Shown: positions 11,775 to 22,246 of the stretch, piece after piece | Numbering within the stretch: the first letter of the stretch is position 1 | Layout: every line of letters begins with the position of its first letter | Source of the DNA: Malassezia furfur | Taxonomy: Eukaryota | NCBI GenBank assembly: GCA_052055015.1 | Contig: JBQJIT010000016.1 | Direction: 5' to 3' (one strand) | Length of the DNA stretch: 64,000 nt | The notes under the pieces: generated by a model | The model's input: only the letters and a program-made list of their open reading frames with translations | Databases searched by the model: none | What the model was told of the DNA's origin: nothing | Position numbers and translations under genes: made by a program

Positions 11775-14700
11775 ATGACGGTGCTCCGTGCCCCGCATGC
11801 GATCCCCCTCGGCGTGGTCCTCACCACGGTAGGACCCGGCCCGATCAGCGAGCCACATCAAGGCGACGAGGAGATCGTCCTGGATGCATCACAGCTGTCG
11901 TGCCTCGCCGCGTGTGCACACGATGCAGCGCTACTGGACCACCTCGTCGCCCTGCACCGGCTCGAGGCCGCCGACATCGCGCTGGAACGCGATGCATGGA
12001 ACCTGTGGTGCGCAGGAATGTACGCGGGTACCATACGTTTTCGTGTGTATGCCCACTATGCGGAGCGACACTCGCCCAGGAAACAGAAACGCGCCGCGCC
12101 CCAGCGTCCACCGGCCGCCGAGCACTGGCACGCCGTGCTGCCCCATGTGTGCATCGATGCAGCGGAATGGCACGCGCTCAGTCGCGAGTCGGATACCCTT
12201 GCTGCATCGGCGCCCATGTTCTGGATACCCGGGCTGGTACGTGCCCCGCGCTGACGCAGCCGCAATGGCCCCTAGCCGAGCTGTACCGCCAGCTGCCCAG
12301 TCCCCCGCGCCGGTACGTCGACGTCGACGACCTGCCGCTCCGGTGTACGCTGTATACCTACCAGCAAAACTCGCTCTCCAAGCTCCTGCAGCGTGAAAAC
12401 GACCCCGAGAGTTACTGCGATCCCTACTACCTCCAGCGCACCGCGCCCATTCCGTTCCAGGGCCAGCGCACCTATGTCATGGACCCAACGACGTACGAGT
12501 TCTTCCCCCGCACAAGTGTAAACGTGTACCCGGACGTACTCGGGGGCATTTTGTGCGATGAGATGGGCGTGGGGAAAACCATGATCTGCCTTGCGCTGAT
12601 CCTTGCGACGCTCACGGAAGTATCGCAACCGGCGCAGGAGCCCATGGCGAGCGCCACGACGAGCGAGCTGGCGCTGTCGTTCCCAGAGCGCGAGTACCAG
12701 GCGAGCGACCCGGCCGAGGCGCTCACGATGGACCGCATCGTCACTGCAGAGTTTGGCGCACCGAGTCCAGGCGAGCGGCTCAGTCGCGTGCGCAAACCCA
12801 CGCAGCCCGAGCCGGAACCGGCGCCGCCCGTTGAACAGCCGCAGCGCACCGTGTCGCTCGCACACATTGCCGCACACCGCCTGCGCACGACGAGCCGCGC
12901 ACCGCCGCTCGACACGCTGCCGCCGCAGCTGCAGGAACTGATGGGCGCCGTCTCGGCGCCGTTCATCCATCTGTGGCCGCCGCCGCCCACACGCATGTCG
13001 CGCGTGAGCCAGAGCCGCACGCCACTGCGTGTATATTTGACGTCGGCGACGCTGGTGCTGGTGCCGCTCACCCTGCTCGTGCAGTGGACCGAGGAAATCG
13101 AGAAACACTGTCTCCCCGGCTCGCTGCGTGTGTTGGCGCTCGCCGATGCACACACACCGCTCCCCGATGCTCTGTGCCTCGCGCAAGACTACGACGTAGT
13201 CCTCATGTCGCACGCGCGCTTCGGCAAGGAGGCAGGTGACGAGCAGCACGGCATGCGCTCCGACCTGGACGCATCGCCGCTCCTGCAAGTGTTTTGGAAG
13301 CGCTTGATCATCGACGAGGGCAACATCCTTGCGGGCGACTCGCTCGTCGTACGCTTGTGCTCGTACCTGCGCGTGGAGCGCCGCTGGATCGTCACCGGCA
13401 CGCCGACCGAGGCCATGGTCGGCTCGAGCCTCCGGGCTGCCGGCCACACCGCCCAGGAACGCGCGCGGTCGGCCAAGGCATGGAGCGCGGCAGAGCGCAA
13501 GAGCTTGGACCGGCTCAAGCTGCTCCTCGTGCGCTTTCTGCGCCTTGCGCCTTTCGTAGGTGCGCCGGTCGGCATGGCGTCGGCGGCACGCGCGTCCGGA
13601 CTGCCGTCGGGCAAGGAACGCGACTGGAACGCGCTCATGGCATCGCCGCCGCAGGCGGACGGGCTGTGGTCCGCCAAGTTTCGGTTGTACGACGTGCTCT
13701 CGCGCCTGATGGTGCGCAACCGCGTCGAGGACGTCGACAAAGAGTGCCCGCTGCCCCCGCTCGAGCACCGTGTCGTACCCCTCGTACTGTCGGACGTGGA
13801 GCGCAAGACGTACAATGTGTTGCAGTCGCTCATTGTGCTCAATGCCGCGCTCTCGGAAGAGACGGACAAGGACTACTTTTTCCACGCGAGCAACCGCAAG
13901 GCACTCGCGGCGGTGATGGAAAACTTGGCGCTCGCCTGCTTCCACTTTGCCGGGCAGGGCTTCCTGGAGCAGACCCAGAGCGCCCGCCAGCTCATCGAGT
14001 CGCAGCAGGCCAAGCTCCAGCCGCGCTACCAAACGCCGGTGCGCGAGGCCATTGCGCAGCTCGATGGCGCACTAGGCGACGCAGCGTGGCAGGCGCACTT
14101 GGCCGCCGGCGACGTGCTGTATGCCGTGGACGACGCCGCTTCGGCGCTCGTTCAAGCGTGGTCCGGCGGACGACCAGGCGGCATAACCGCCGATGAGCTT
14201 GTACATCTCCGCCGTGCAGCTGCTGCCGTATTTCGTGATGCAGACCTTGACGCAGAGGACATGCTAGAAGAGCTGATTACCAAGGGCATGCACTATGCGC
14301 GGCGCAAGGCAGGCAAGCCGGTGGCTGCCCACGACACGCTCAAGGCCGCCGCCGCGCTGGCCTCCGACTCGGCTACGGCGTCGGCCAACCTGCAGCGCGC
14401 GCGGCACTCGGTACAGCCGCGTGGCCGTGCGCGTGCACCGTGGGAGGACGTCGTCGAAGTGCCGGCCGGCCTGCACGATATCGGCATCCGCGCCACGTCC
14501 TCGACCAAGCTCAATGCGCTCCTCGACGAGATCCTCGCAGCAGCCCCTTCCGAGAAGATCCTCGTGTTTTCTATGCATGAAAACATGCTCTTTGAGCTTG
14601 CGGCCGCTCTGGATGTCGCGCAGGTACCCTACTTGTGCTACGTCGCAGGCATGCCGCAGAAACTGCGCAACGAGTATGCTAGCACGTTTGCTCGCACACC

Positions 14701-15118
14701 CACCTACCGCTGCCTGCTGATGTCAACCACGGTCGGCGGGCGTGGGCTGGACCTGCACTGTGCGAGCCGCGTCATTTTTACCGAACCCGTGTGGCAGCCG
14801 GACCTCGAGAGCCAGGCGGTGAAGCGCGCGTGGCGCATGGGGCAGACCCAGCGCGTCGTCGTCTCGACGTACGTGATGCAGAACACATTTGAGCAAGAGA
14901 TGCTCGCTCGCAAGCACGACCGAATGAAGCACGTCGGAGAAGAGGTTGCCGGTGATACCAAACAGCTCACCGACGACCCGGGCATGCGCGACTTTGTGGC
15001 GCACCCACGCTTTGTGCCGGCCCAGGCACACTCCGGCACAACCCTTGGCCTAAGCCTGTTTGACACCGAGCGGCCGTGGCATGAGGGCGCATCGAAACGA
15101 AGGAAGTATGTAGAATAG
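11775..15118 (+). CDS. SNF2-family ATPase/helicase (Rad5/Rad16-like group), 2 exons
   Basis: GGILCDEMGVGKT, QWTEEI, RLIIDEGN, WIVTGTP, GRGLDL...SQAVKRAWRMGQ. Intron 12237-12259 (23 nt). The 5' end is inferred. Confidence 0.85.
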
Positions 15119-16204
15119 TTAGGTGTGCCACAGATGTGTTTGGAGCCATGCCAACGACGACTGCGACAGGTTGATCGCAGGGTCCAGCGGCGGGAACGGC
15201 AGGTCAGATTGCGGTAGCTGGTCGTGCCGGTGCATCGCAAGTGCCGCGTACGACAGATAGGAATGCAGCACGTCGGGGGGATGCTCAGGCACCTTTGCGA
15301 TGCCGCCCATGGGTGACTGCGCCGACAGCATGTAGGCGGCATCGGACGCCGCGTCAATCGCTGCATGGCACCCCAGCATCATCGCCGTAGCGCCGCACCA
15401 GAACGAGTAGCACGTATCTGCCGTCTTTTCGACGCGACCTTGGAAGCCCGAGTGCGGTACCTGGCGTGATAAAATCCAGCGCTCCAGCTGCGCACGGTCG
15501 CGGAGCACGTCGAGTCGCTGCGCAAGTGACAGTGCACCCACGACGCAATACGTCGACCCCGCATGCGACTCGAGTCCAGGCTCTTGCGCAAACGCACCCT
15601 CGTAGTTTTGGCAGCGCCCAATGTACTTAATTGCTTTGTCCATGTCAAAGATGGCCCAGTCGTTCAGCATGTAGGCGATGGCAAAGGCACAGTAGGTAAA
15701 GCGCACGTCGTGCTCGGTCCAACCGGGGGTCGAGAGGAAGCAGCCGTCAGGTTGCTGCAGATCGCGCACGTGCCTCTTCACCGCATCACGGTCCAGCCGC
15801 GTGAAGTCGTCCCGCAGGATCGCCAGGGCCAACAGTGCGGTATATGTCATGGGTAGGTCCCCCTGGGGTCAGTCAACCACACGCACCTTGTTTCCGGCCG
15901 GTGAGCCACGGAACCCGCCGCCCTCGGACGCCGCTGAATAAGTATATGGTTACGTACGTAGCTGCTGGGCATAGATCCAGTCGATATACGCCGCCCGCTC
16001 CTTCTCCGAGATCACATCGGTGTGCTGCAGCAGGTCGAGTCCGCCAAGACAAAAATACGCAAGGGTCATTCTGAATCAGCCCAACACATACCTCTGGTTA
16101 TCGGCGCTCGTATACGGTCGTTGTAACATGGACATGTGCAGCGTCCAAAACTTGACATGGCGCTTGACGGACAGGGCCGCCAGCGGCGCGTCCTTCGCGG
16201 TCAT
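15119..16204 (-). CDS. CDC43: Geranylgeranyltransferase type I beta subunit, 4 exons
   Basis: DNQ/RMTLAYFCLGGLDLL, GGFRG, MTYTALLAL, ESHAGSTYC, GFQGRVEKTADTCYSFW, DVLHSYL. Introns 16071-16091 (21), 15934-15957 (24), 15863-15886 (24). Confidence 0.9.
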
Positions 16205-16426
16205 GCTGCTGGTCCAAGCTCCTCAACACCTCCACTTGACCAGCACGTGGTGCGCCGGGTCCCCACCGAAACAGAATGCGCCTGCACGGAGGACACAGCC
16301 GCGCTGCATGCACGCCGCCAAAGCCGGTGCTGCACCACGGCAGTGCATCGCACTGCCAAACATAGGTCGTTGCAGATATGGGGTGCCCACCAGCAATGAA
16401 GAGTCTATCCATCGCTAATGAATTAA

Positions 16427-18367
16427 CTAATCCTCGAGGAAGAAGTACTGGCCGCTGGCCTTTTGCTCCTTGTCCTTCACACTGTTGTGCTTGTTGATGC
16501 GTGGCCGCATGTTGGTCGGGTCACGACGCATGCTGACATCCAAGGTAGCCAAGAAGGAGTTCATGCCCGTGAGCAGCGACTCGGGGCTGCGCGCGTGCGC
16601 CTTGACGGACGGCTGGCCCTCGTACACAATCACGCGGTCGGCAAGATAGGTTGCCATAATAATGTCGTGCTCAATGATCATCGCCGTCTTCTTCGCGTGG
16701 AGAATGAAACGCTTGATCACCTTGGAGGCCTGGATACGCTGCTCCGAGTCGAGGTAGGCACTCGGTTCGTCGATCAGGTAGATGTCCGCGGGCTTGCCCA
16801 GCGCAAGCACCAGCGCAACACGCTGCAGCTCACCACCCGACAGCGTCTGCACATCGTTGTCGATAATCGGCTCGATGCTCATCGGCTTCACGACGTCCGT
16901 CTGGAATTGAGGGTGCATGAACGCCGCCTTGATCTGCTTCAACAGCAGCATGCGCACCGTGCCCTGGAACTTGGGCGTGATCGTCTGGGGCTTCAACGAG
17001 ACGTTCAGCTGAGGCAGACCCTCGGCACCCGTGTCCGGCGCGAGCTTGCCCGCCAGCATCTTAACGAACGTCGTCTTACCCGTACCGTTCTCACCGAGGA
17101 AGACGATGATCTCCGAGTTGGAGAAGTTGCCGGGGTCGATGGTCAGCTCGAAGTTGCCAAGCTTCTTGGTCATTTTGGGGTATTCGTACAGAGCCGTGCG
17201 CTCTGTTTCCTTGTCCTCGGCAGTCTCGGCAATCTTGAAGGTGAGCGACTCCTCACGGAAACGCATGTTTTCGGCAGGGATATAACCATCCAAGAAAATG
17301 TTGATACCGTCGCGCACAGGGCTGGGCACCGTCACCACACCGTACACACTGGGAACACCGTAGAGACAGCAAATGAAGTCACTCAGGTAGTCCAGCACGG
17401 ACAGATCGTGCTCGACGGTAATCACATAGGTGCTCGGGTCGAGCAGCGTGCGAATCGATCGCGCCACGTTCAGACGCTGCTTCACATCCAGATAGGACGA
17501 CGGCTCGTCAAACATGTACATGTTGGCGTTCTGCACACAGGTCATCGCGATCGCGAAGCGCTGCAATTCACCACCCGACAGGTTGTGCACGTCGCGGTCG
17601 AGAACGGGCGTGAGATCACAAGCATTGATCACCTCCTCCTTGTTCTCGCGCTCGCTCTTGCTGTCGAGCAGCTGCTGCACAGTCGCCTTTGACTTGAGTG
17701 CGCGCGGAATATTGTCAACGTATTGCGGCTTAATGAGCGCCTTGATGTTGTCCTCCAACACCTTGGTGAAAAAGTTTTGCAGCTCCGAGCCACGGAAGTA
17801 TTTCAGAATCTCGGCCCAGTCCGGCGGGTCGTCGTAGCGGCCCAGATTGGGCTTTTGCTTGCCGGCCAAAATCTTCAGGGCCGTGCTCTTGCCGATACCG
17901 TTGGTACCGACCAGACCCAGGACCTGGCCCACACGCGGCACGGGCAGGCGGTGCAGCTTGAAGCTATTCGCGCTGTACCGGTGCGTCGTCTCATTCTCCA
18001 GGTTCGTGGGCAGCTTGATAATGTTGATGGCCTCGAACGGGCACTTTTTCACACACTGCGCGGTCAGACCTCCTTATGCGCACAACGTACAATACCACAA
18101 CCAATGCACAGCGTTTCACTGATAAACGCAATTTTGCTAGAGGGAGCCACCTCGATACACAGACGTCCTGCAGTGTGAGCGCGATCGATTTTGTGCACAC
18201 GTACCCATGCGGACGACGGGACAGGAGCGCTTGCATTCCTGGCGACACTTGCTGGGTTTGCACTTATCCGAGTTGACTGCACGTGTGTAAGCTACCTGTC
18301 GCGCGAACGCGCTCTGTCACGTACCAATGGCAATGCGCTCTTCGCGCTTTGTCGGCGGAGGTGCCAT
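16427..18367 (-). CDS. RLI1: ABCE1/Rli1 ribosome recycling ATPase with Fe-S domain, 4 exons
   Basis: Spliced N-terminus [26 protein letters not shown]...CIGCGICVKKCPF. Two ABC domains ([17 protein letters not shown] twice). Confidence 0.96.
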
Positions 18368-18805
18368 CTTCTCCCGCGATGAGCCCAAGCGAAGCTCGAA
18401 TTCTTTTCTTCACGCTTGACAAAAACGCTGCCTGGAATTGGCCCATTCTCGTTCACGTGACCGTTCGTTTGCCCCCATGTGGACTCCACGTGGAAGTTGG
18501 GGCCGTGACGTCATGGGTGATCTAGGGGCCGGACCCCTTAAAGTGTTGAATCTGCACGCGCCGCCCTGGACGAGGCAGTGTCGCGGCGAATGACACACGC
18601 ATTGGGAATAGGTTATGTCGCAAATTCCACCCAGTCGTCGGTGTTCCTGGGGTACTAAAACGCACGCCAAGATCGCGGATGTGAAACGCAGTTATCCTTA
18701 CCGACGCATTGATCTCGCCGCCCAGCCTGGCTCTAGCGGGGTTGTTTTTCTCGCAAACCATCTGGACAAATCCCTTGTCTTTTTGGCGAACTTGGCGGCC
18801 CCACT

Positions 18806-19519
18806 GTGCTTGAAGCCAGCATGTTGGCTCCTGCTCCTCGGGGAAGAATTATCGCGCTGGACGTGCTCTCCATCCTGCCTAATTCGCCACTGTCGGCACA
18901 ATGGATGATTGCGGTCAAGACGACACGGTTTGATGACGGGCATGTTATCGCATGGCACATTCAGCAAGATGACGCAGGCCGATGCTGGCCCACAAAAGTA
19001 AGGCTGGATCCGTCCTTGCTGTATGCGGACGAAAGCAGCAAGTCGATGCACGCAATGGGTATCGGCTACCGGTGGTCCCTCTCGCTTGGCCCCAAGCCGC
19101 TGTGTCTGGACGACTTGGAATTGATTTGTCTCCGATCCTCCATGCCGGATATGGAGCTTGGGGAAGACCATGGAAGCTGGTGCCTGGACATTCTCTTTAA
19201 ATTGGAGCGCCTGCAGGCCCTCGTCAAGGGCCAGGCACTCCAACTCGAAACCTGGCTGGGTCTGCCGCACGGTATGACGGCGAGCAATGCGGGCGTAGCT
19301 GCGCTGGAGCCTGCTGTGCAGCTCAGCCATGCGCTGCGCCATTCAAAGGAGCTGCGTTCCGCCTCAGACCCCATGATGCACCAAACGATCGCGTGTTGGC
19401 CACCGCCCGAGCGTCCGATGACGCCCGAGGCGCGTTCGATCGGTACTTTTGGCCTTAACCAAACCGCTCAGCTCACCTGGTCCCCCATTGCTCTCCCAAC
19501 GTCGTCGCTCATGGTGTAA
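18806..19519 (+). CDS. Hypothetical protein, 5' structure unresolved
   Basis: 237-codon ORF filling the gap between RLI1 and the SPX-RING gene. No family recognised. Confidence 0.4.
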   Translation: MLEASMLAPAPRGRIIALDVLSILPNSPLSAQWMIAVKTTRFDDGHVIAWHIQQDDAGRCWPTKVRLDPSLLYADESSKSMHAMGIGYRWSLSLGPKPLCLDDLELICLRSSMPDMELGEDHGSWCLDILFKLERLQALVKGQALQLETWLGLPHGMTASNAGVAALEPAVQLSHALRHSKELRSASDPMMHQTIACWPPPERPMTPEARSIGTFGLNQTAQLTWSPIALPTSSLMV

Positions 19520-19692
19520 ATATGCGAAAGGGCCGAGTCTCGGCAAGTCCCCTTGGGTTGAATGAGTGTGAGAATATGGGTACACGGTTCCATACATAGA
19601 CGACCGCTTCCCCGTTCCAGTAGCTGGTCTCCTGGACACGTAACGATGAACCTCACGGAAAATGACACGAAGCCCGAGATTGCAATGCTCCC

Positions 19693-19704
19693 TATATATA
19701 TATA
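19693..19704. repeat. (TA)6 tract, possible shared 3'-end formation element
   Basis: TATATATATATA lies 14 nt beyond the SPX-RING stop in otherwise GC-rich DNA. Confidence 0.45.
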
Positions 19705-19718
19705 CCGACAGGCCCTCA

Positions 19719-22058
19719 TTACGCAATAACACAGTCTTGGTTGCCATCCCCCCCGCGGTTTCGGCGACGCAGTGCACCGAACCGCTTTTTGCGCCGTATC
19801 TCCACCTCGCAACGGTCCTCCAAGACCCGATCGGACTGGTTTTCGCGGATCTTTTCCTCGACTTCCTGCGGGAACCATGTCCGGAGGTACTCTGCCATCT
19901 CGTAGTCGACATTGTCCCCGTCCGCATCCAGCACCGCATTTTCAGAGCGGCACAGCGGGCAGTGGTTGTCGCCGCGCTTCTGCAGCTTGACCAGGCACCG
20001 GATACAGAAGATGTGGTCGCAGCGCAGCCGGATCGGCTGGTACGCAAGGCCCGTGCATACGAGACAGCTGTAGTCGTCCACGCTGGGCAGCACGGGAAGC
20101 AGCGACTTGGTCAGGATCGAGGCAAGGATGCGAGGGAGTGACAGCTGCGTCGTAGTCGACAGACTCGTAGGCACCAGCGCGGAAAGCGACTGCAAAATGT
20201 CCGCGTGGCTCACCGTGTCCCAGTCGAGGTCCGGCAGGGGCGAGTCGGTGGACGCCGCACGCACCATGCTGTTCGGCTGCATCTTGACCATCATGCGGCC
20301 CAGCGCCTGGTGCGCGTGCAGCGCCGTCTTCTTTTCGTGCTTTTTAAGGATCTTGCGCACCGTCTCGATGTTGACGCGCTGGAAGCGCTTGAGCGACAGG
20401 AGTGCCACGTTCAGGCGTAAAAAGTGCTCGAGCGCCTTGACGCTGCGCGCGTCCTGCATCGGATTCGTCTGCGTGTACTCGTCAAAGTCCCACGCATACA
20501 GCTTCGACGGCGCTCGCTTGCGCTCGAGCACGAGTGAGCGATGCGGCGCCAGGTAGCCACGCTTCTCGAGCTCGCCGAGGTACTTGCGCAGCCGCTGCTC
20601 CGACGCCGCGACACTCAGCTCGCCACGGTCCTTTTCGCGCGAGCTCTCAAAGATGTCGTGCTCAATCCACAGCGTGAAAACCTCGCGCCACCGGTACAGG
20701 TCCTTGGGTGAGTTCTCGGGGCTCGCGACCAGTGCAATCGTGTCGCGCAGCGCATTGACGTGTCGCACAAGCGCGGCCTGCTGCATGACGTGCAGCTGCA
20801 GCAGCTTGCGCAGCGCCGCCGAGAGCGACTCGAAGAAGCGCTCGTCGGCGTGCAGAGGGATCACGATGCGCCGGTGATGGAAGCCGGTGGGCGGCGGTGG
20901 CTCCGTCTTCTTCTCCTTGAACACCTTGGGCGACGAGATGGTCGGGATCTCCTTGGCAGCGGGCCCCAAACTGATCTCGTTGAGCGAGAGGTTGCGCGCG
21001 CGCTTCGTGAGCGCAACCGTCGGCGAGTTGGTCGTGGATGCCGAGGATGCCAAGTCGCGCGAGCCCGTGCGAGCCATGCGGGGCGTATCGGCCCCTCGTT
21101 GCGAGTCGGGCGACGTCTGGTTGCTAAGCGTGTCGGGCGACTCAACGTGCACCACGAGCTGGGGGTGCAGGTGCAGCGATTCGTTCAGCATCTGGTACTC
21201 AGCCCAGGCGCGCCGCCCAGACTCGAGCTCGACCCAGCCTGAGTGCGATGTGACGGCCTCCTGCTGCAATGATACAAACGACCGTGCGTCCTCCGGGAAG
21301 ACGGTGGGCACTTTTTGGTCTTTCCAGTGCGATGCGTTCCAGTCGCGCTCGTCCTGCCCCGCCACCGGTTTTTGTGGCGGTGGCAAAAAGGGTGCGCTGG
21401 GACGCACCGACTTGTTCAGGAGGGGGTTGCGCGGGCTTTCGCTCCCGCTGGGCAGCATCAGCGGCGGCAGCTGCTCCGACTCGGACGTCTGGCGCAGCGG
21501 CGAGGTGCGCCCCGTAGAGTACCGGCGCGGGCTCGACGTAGACTGCACGGGCGAGTCGTGCTTCGTCTCGAGCACAAAGGTGTTGGGCGAGTTTTCCGCG
21601 GTATGAAGCACGGGGCTTGTGCCCGTACTGTACGAGCGCTTGCGCGTCTTCCGGCGCTGCTTGCGGTACTTGTGGTCGTCCGGTAGGGTCGCGAGCCAGG
21701 CAGCCGCAGGCGACGGCTCCTGGGACGCACCTGCGTCGGGGGCCGTGGGCATGGTGCGGAGCAGCATCGACGGCGTGGCGCGTTGCCCCGTGACGCTGGC
21801 GGGCTCCGTCGAGTACACGGCCACCTCTTGCGAGCTGCTGCTAGGCTGCTCGTGATACATCCCGGCATCGAGCAGCTCGCTGACGACCTCGGGCTTGAGG
21901 TTGACCGACTCCAGTTCCTCGGTGACCATGCGGAGAAGTTTTTTCAGCTGCGTGTGAGTGTGGCGACGTACCTTGTTGTATTCGATGGCGCCCTTGCGCC
22001 ATTCCTCTGGGAATGTCGGGTCCTCAAGGACCTCGGCATACGATTTGCCAAACCGCAT
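19719..22058 (-). CDS. SPX-RING E3 ubiquitin ligase (Pqr1/Spx1/NLA-like), 2 exons
   Basis: SPX start MRFGK...IEYNK/LKK, FQRVNIETVRKILKKHEKKT. RING CLVC...CDHIFCIRC...CPLCR. In-frame 24-nt intron at 21948-21971. Confidence 0.88.
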   Translation of the reverse strand: MRFGKSYAEVLEDPTFPEEWRKGAIEYNKVRRHTHTQLKKLLRMVTEELESVNLKPEVVSELLDAGMYHEQPSSSSQEVAVYSTEPASVTGQRATPSMLLRTMPTAPDAGASQEPSPAAAWLATLPDDHKYRKQRRKTRKRSYSTGTSPVLHTAENSPNTFVLETKHDSPVQSTSSPRRYSTGRTSPLRQTSESEQLPPLMLPSGSESPRNPLLNKSVRPSAPFLPPPQKPVAGQDERDWNASHWKDQKVPTVFPEDARSFVSLQQEAVTSHSGWVELESGRRAWAEYQMLNESLHLHPQLVVHVESPDTLSNQTSPDSQRGADTPRMARTGSRDLASSASTTNSPTVALTKRARNLSLNEISLGPAAKEIPTISSPKVFKEKKTEPPPPTGFHHRRIVIPLHADERFFESLSAALRKLLQLHVMQQAALVRHVNALRDTIALVASPENSPKDLYRWREVFTLWIEHDIFESSREKDRGELSVAASEQRLRKYLGELEKRGYLAPHRSLVLERKRAPSKLYAWDFDEYTQTNPMQDARSVKALEHFLRLNVALLSLKRFQRVNIETVRKILKKHEKKTALHAHQALGRMMVKMQPNSMVRAASTDSPLPDLDWDTVSHADILQSLSALVPTSLSTTTQLSLPRILASILTKSLLPVLPSVDDYSCLVCTGLAYQPIRLRCDHIFCIRCLVKLQKRGDNHCPLCRSENAVLDADGDNVDYEMAEYLRTWFPQEVEEKIRENQSDRVLEDRCEVEIRRKKRFGALRRRNRGGDGNQDCVIA

Positions 22059-22246
22059 CGCGAGCTTGGGTAGTGCAGTGACAGGTGCGCGAGCCCCAGG
22101 TCGCTCCCGGCCCCGGCCTAGGGAAAAATGAACTCCACATGCGCCGCCCTCGGACGACCTGTCGGATCCACGCAAGTGCGCACGTGCAATGATTAGGGCA
22201 AGCGGACGTCGGACCCCTACGAGCAGTTTTACGGGAAACGCGCGAA

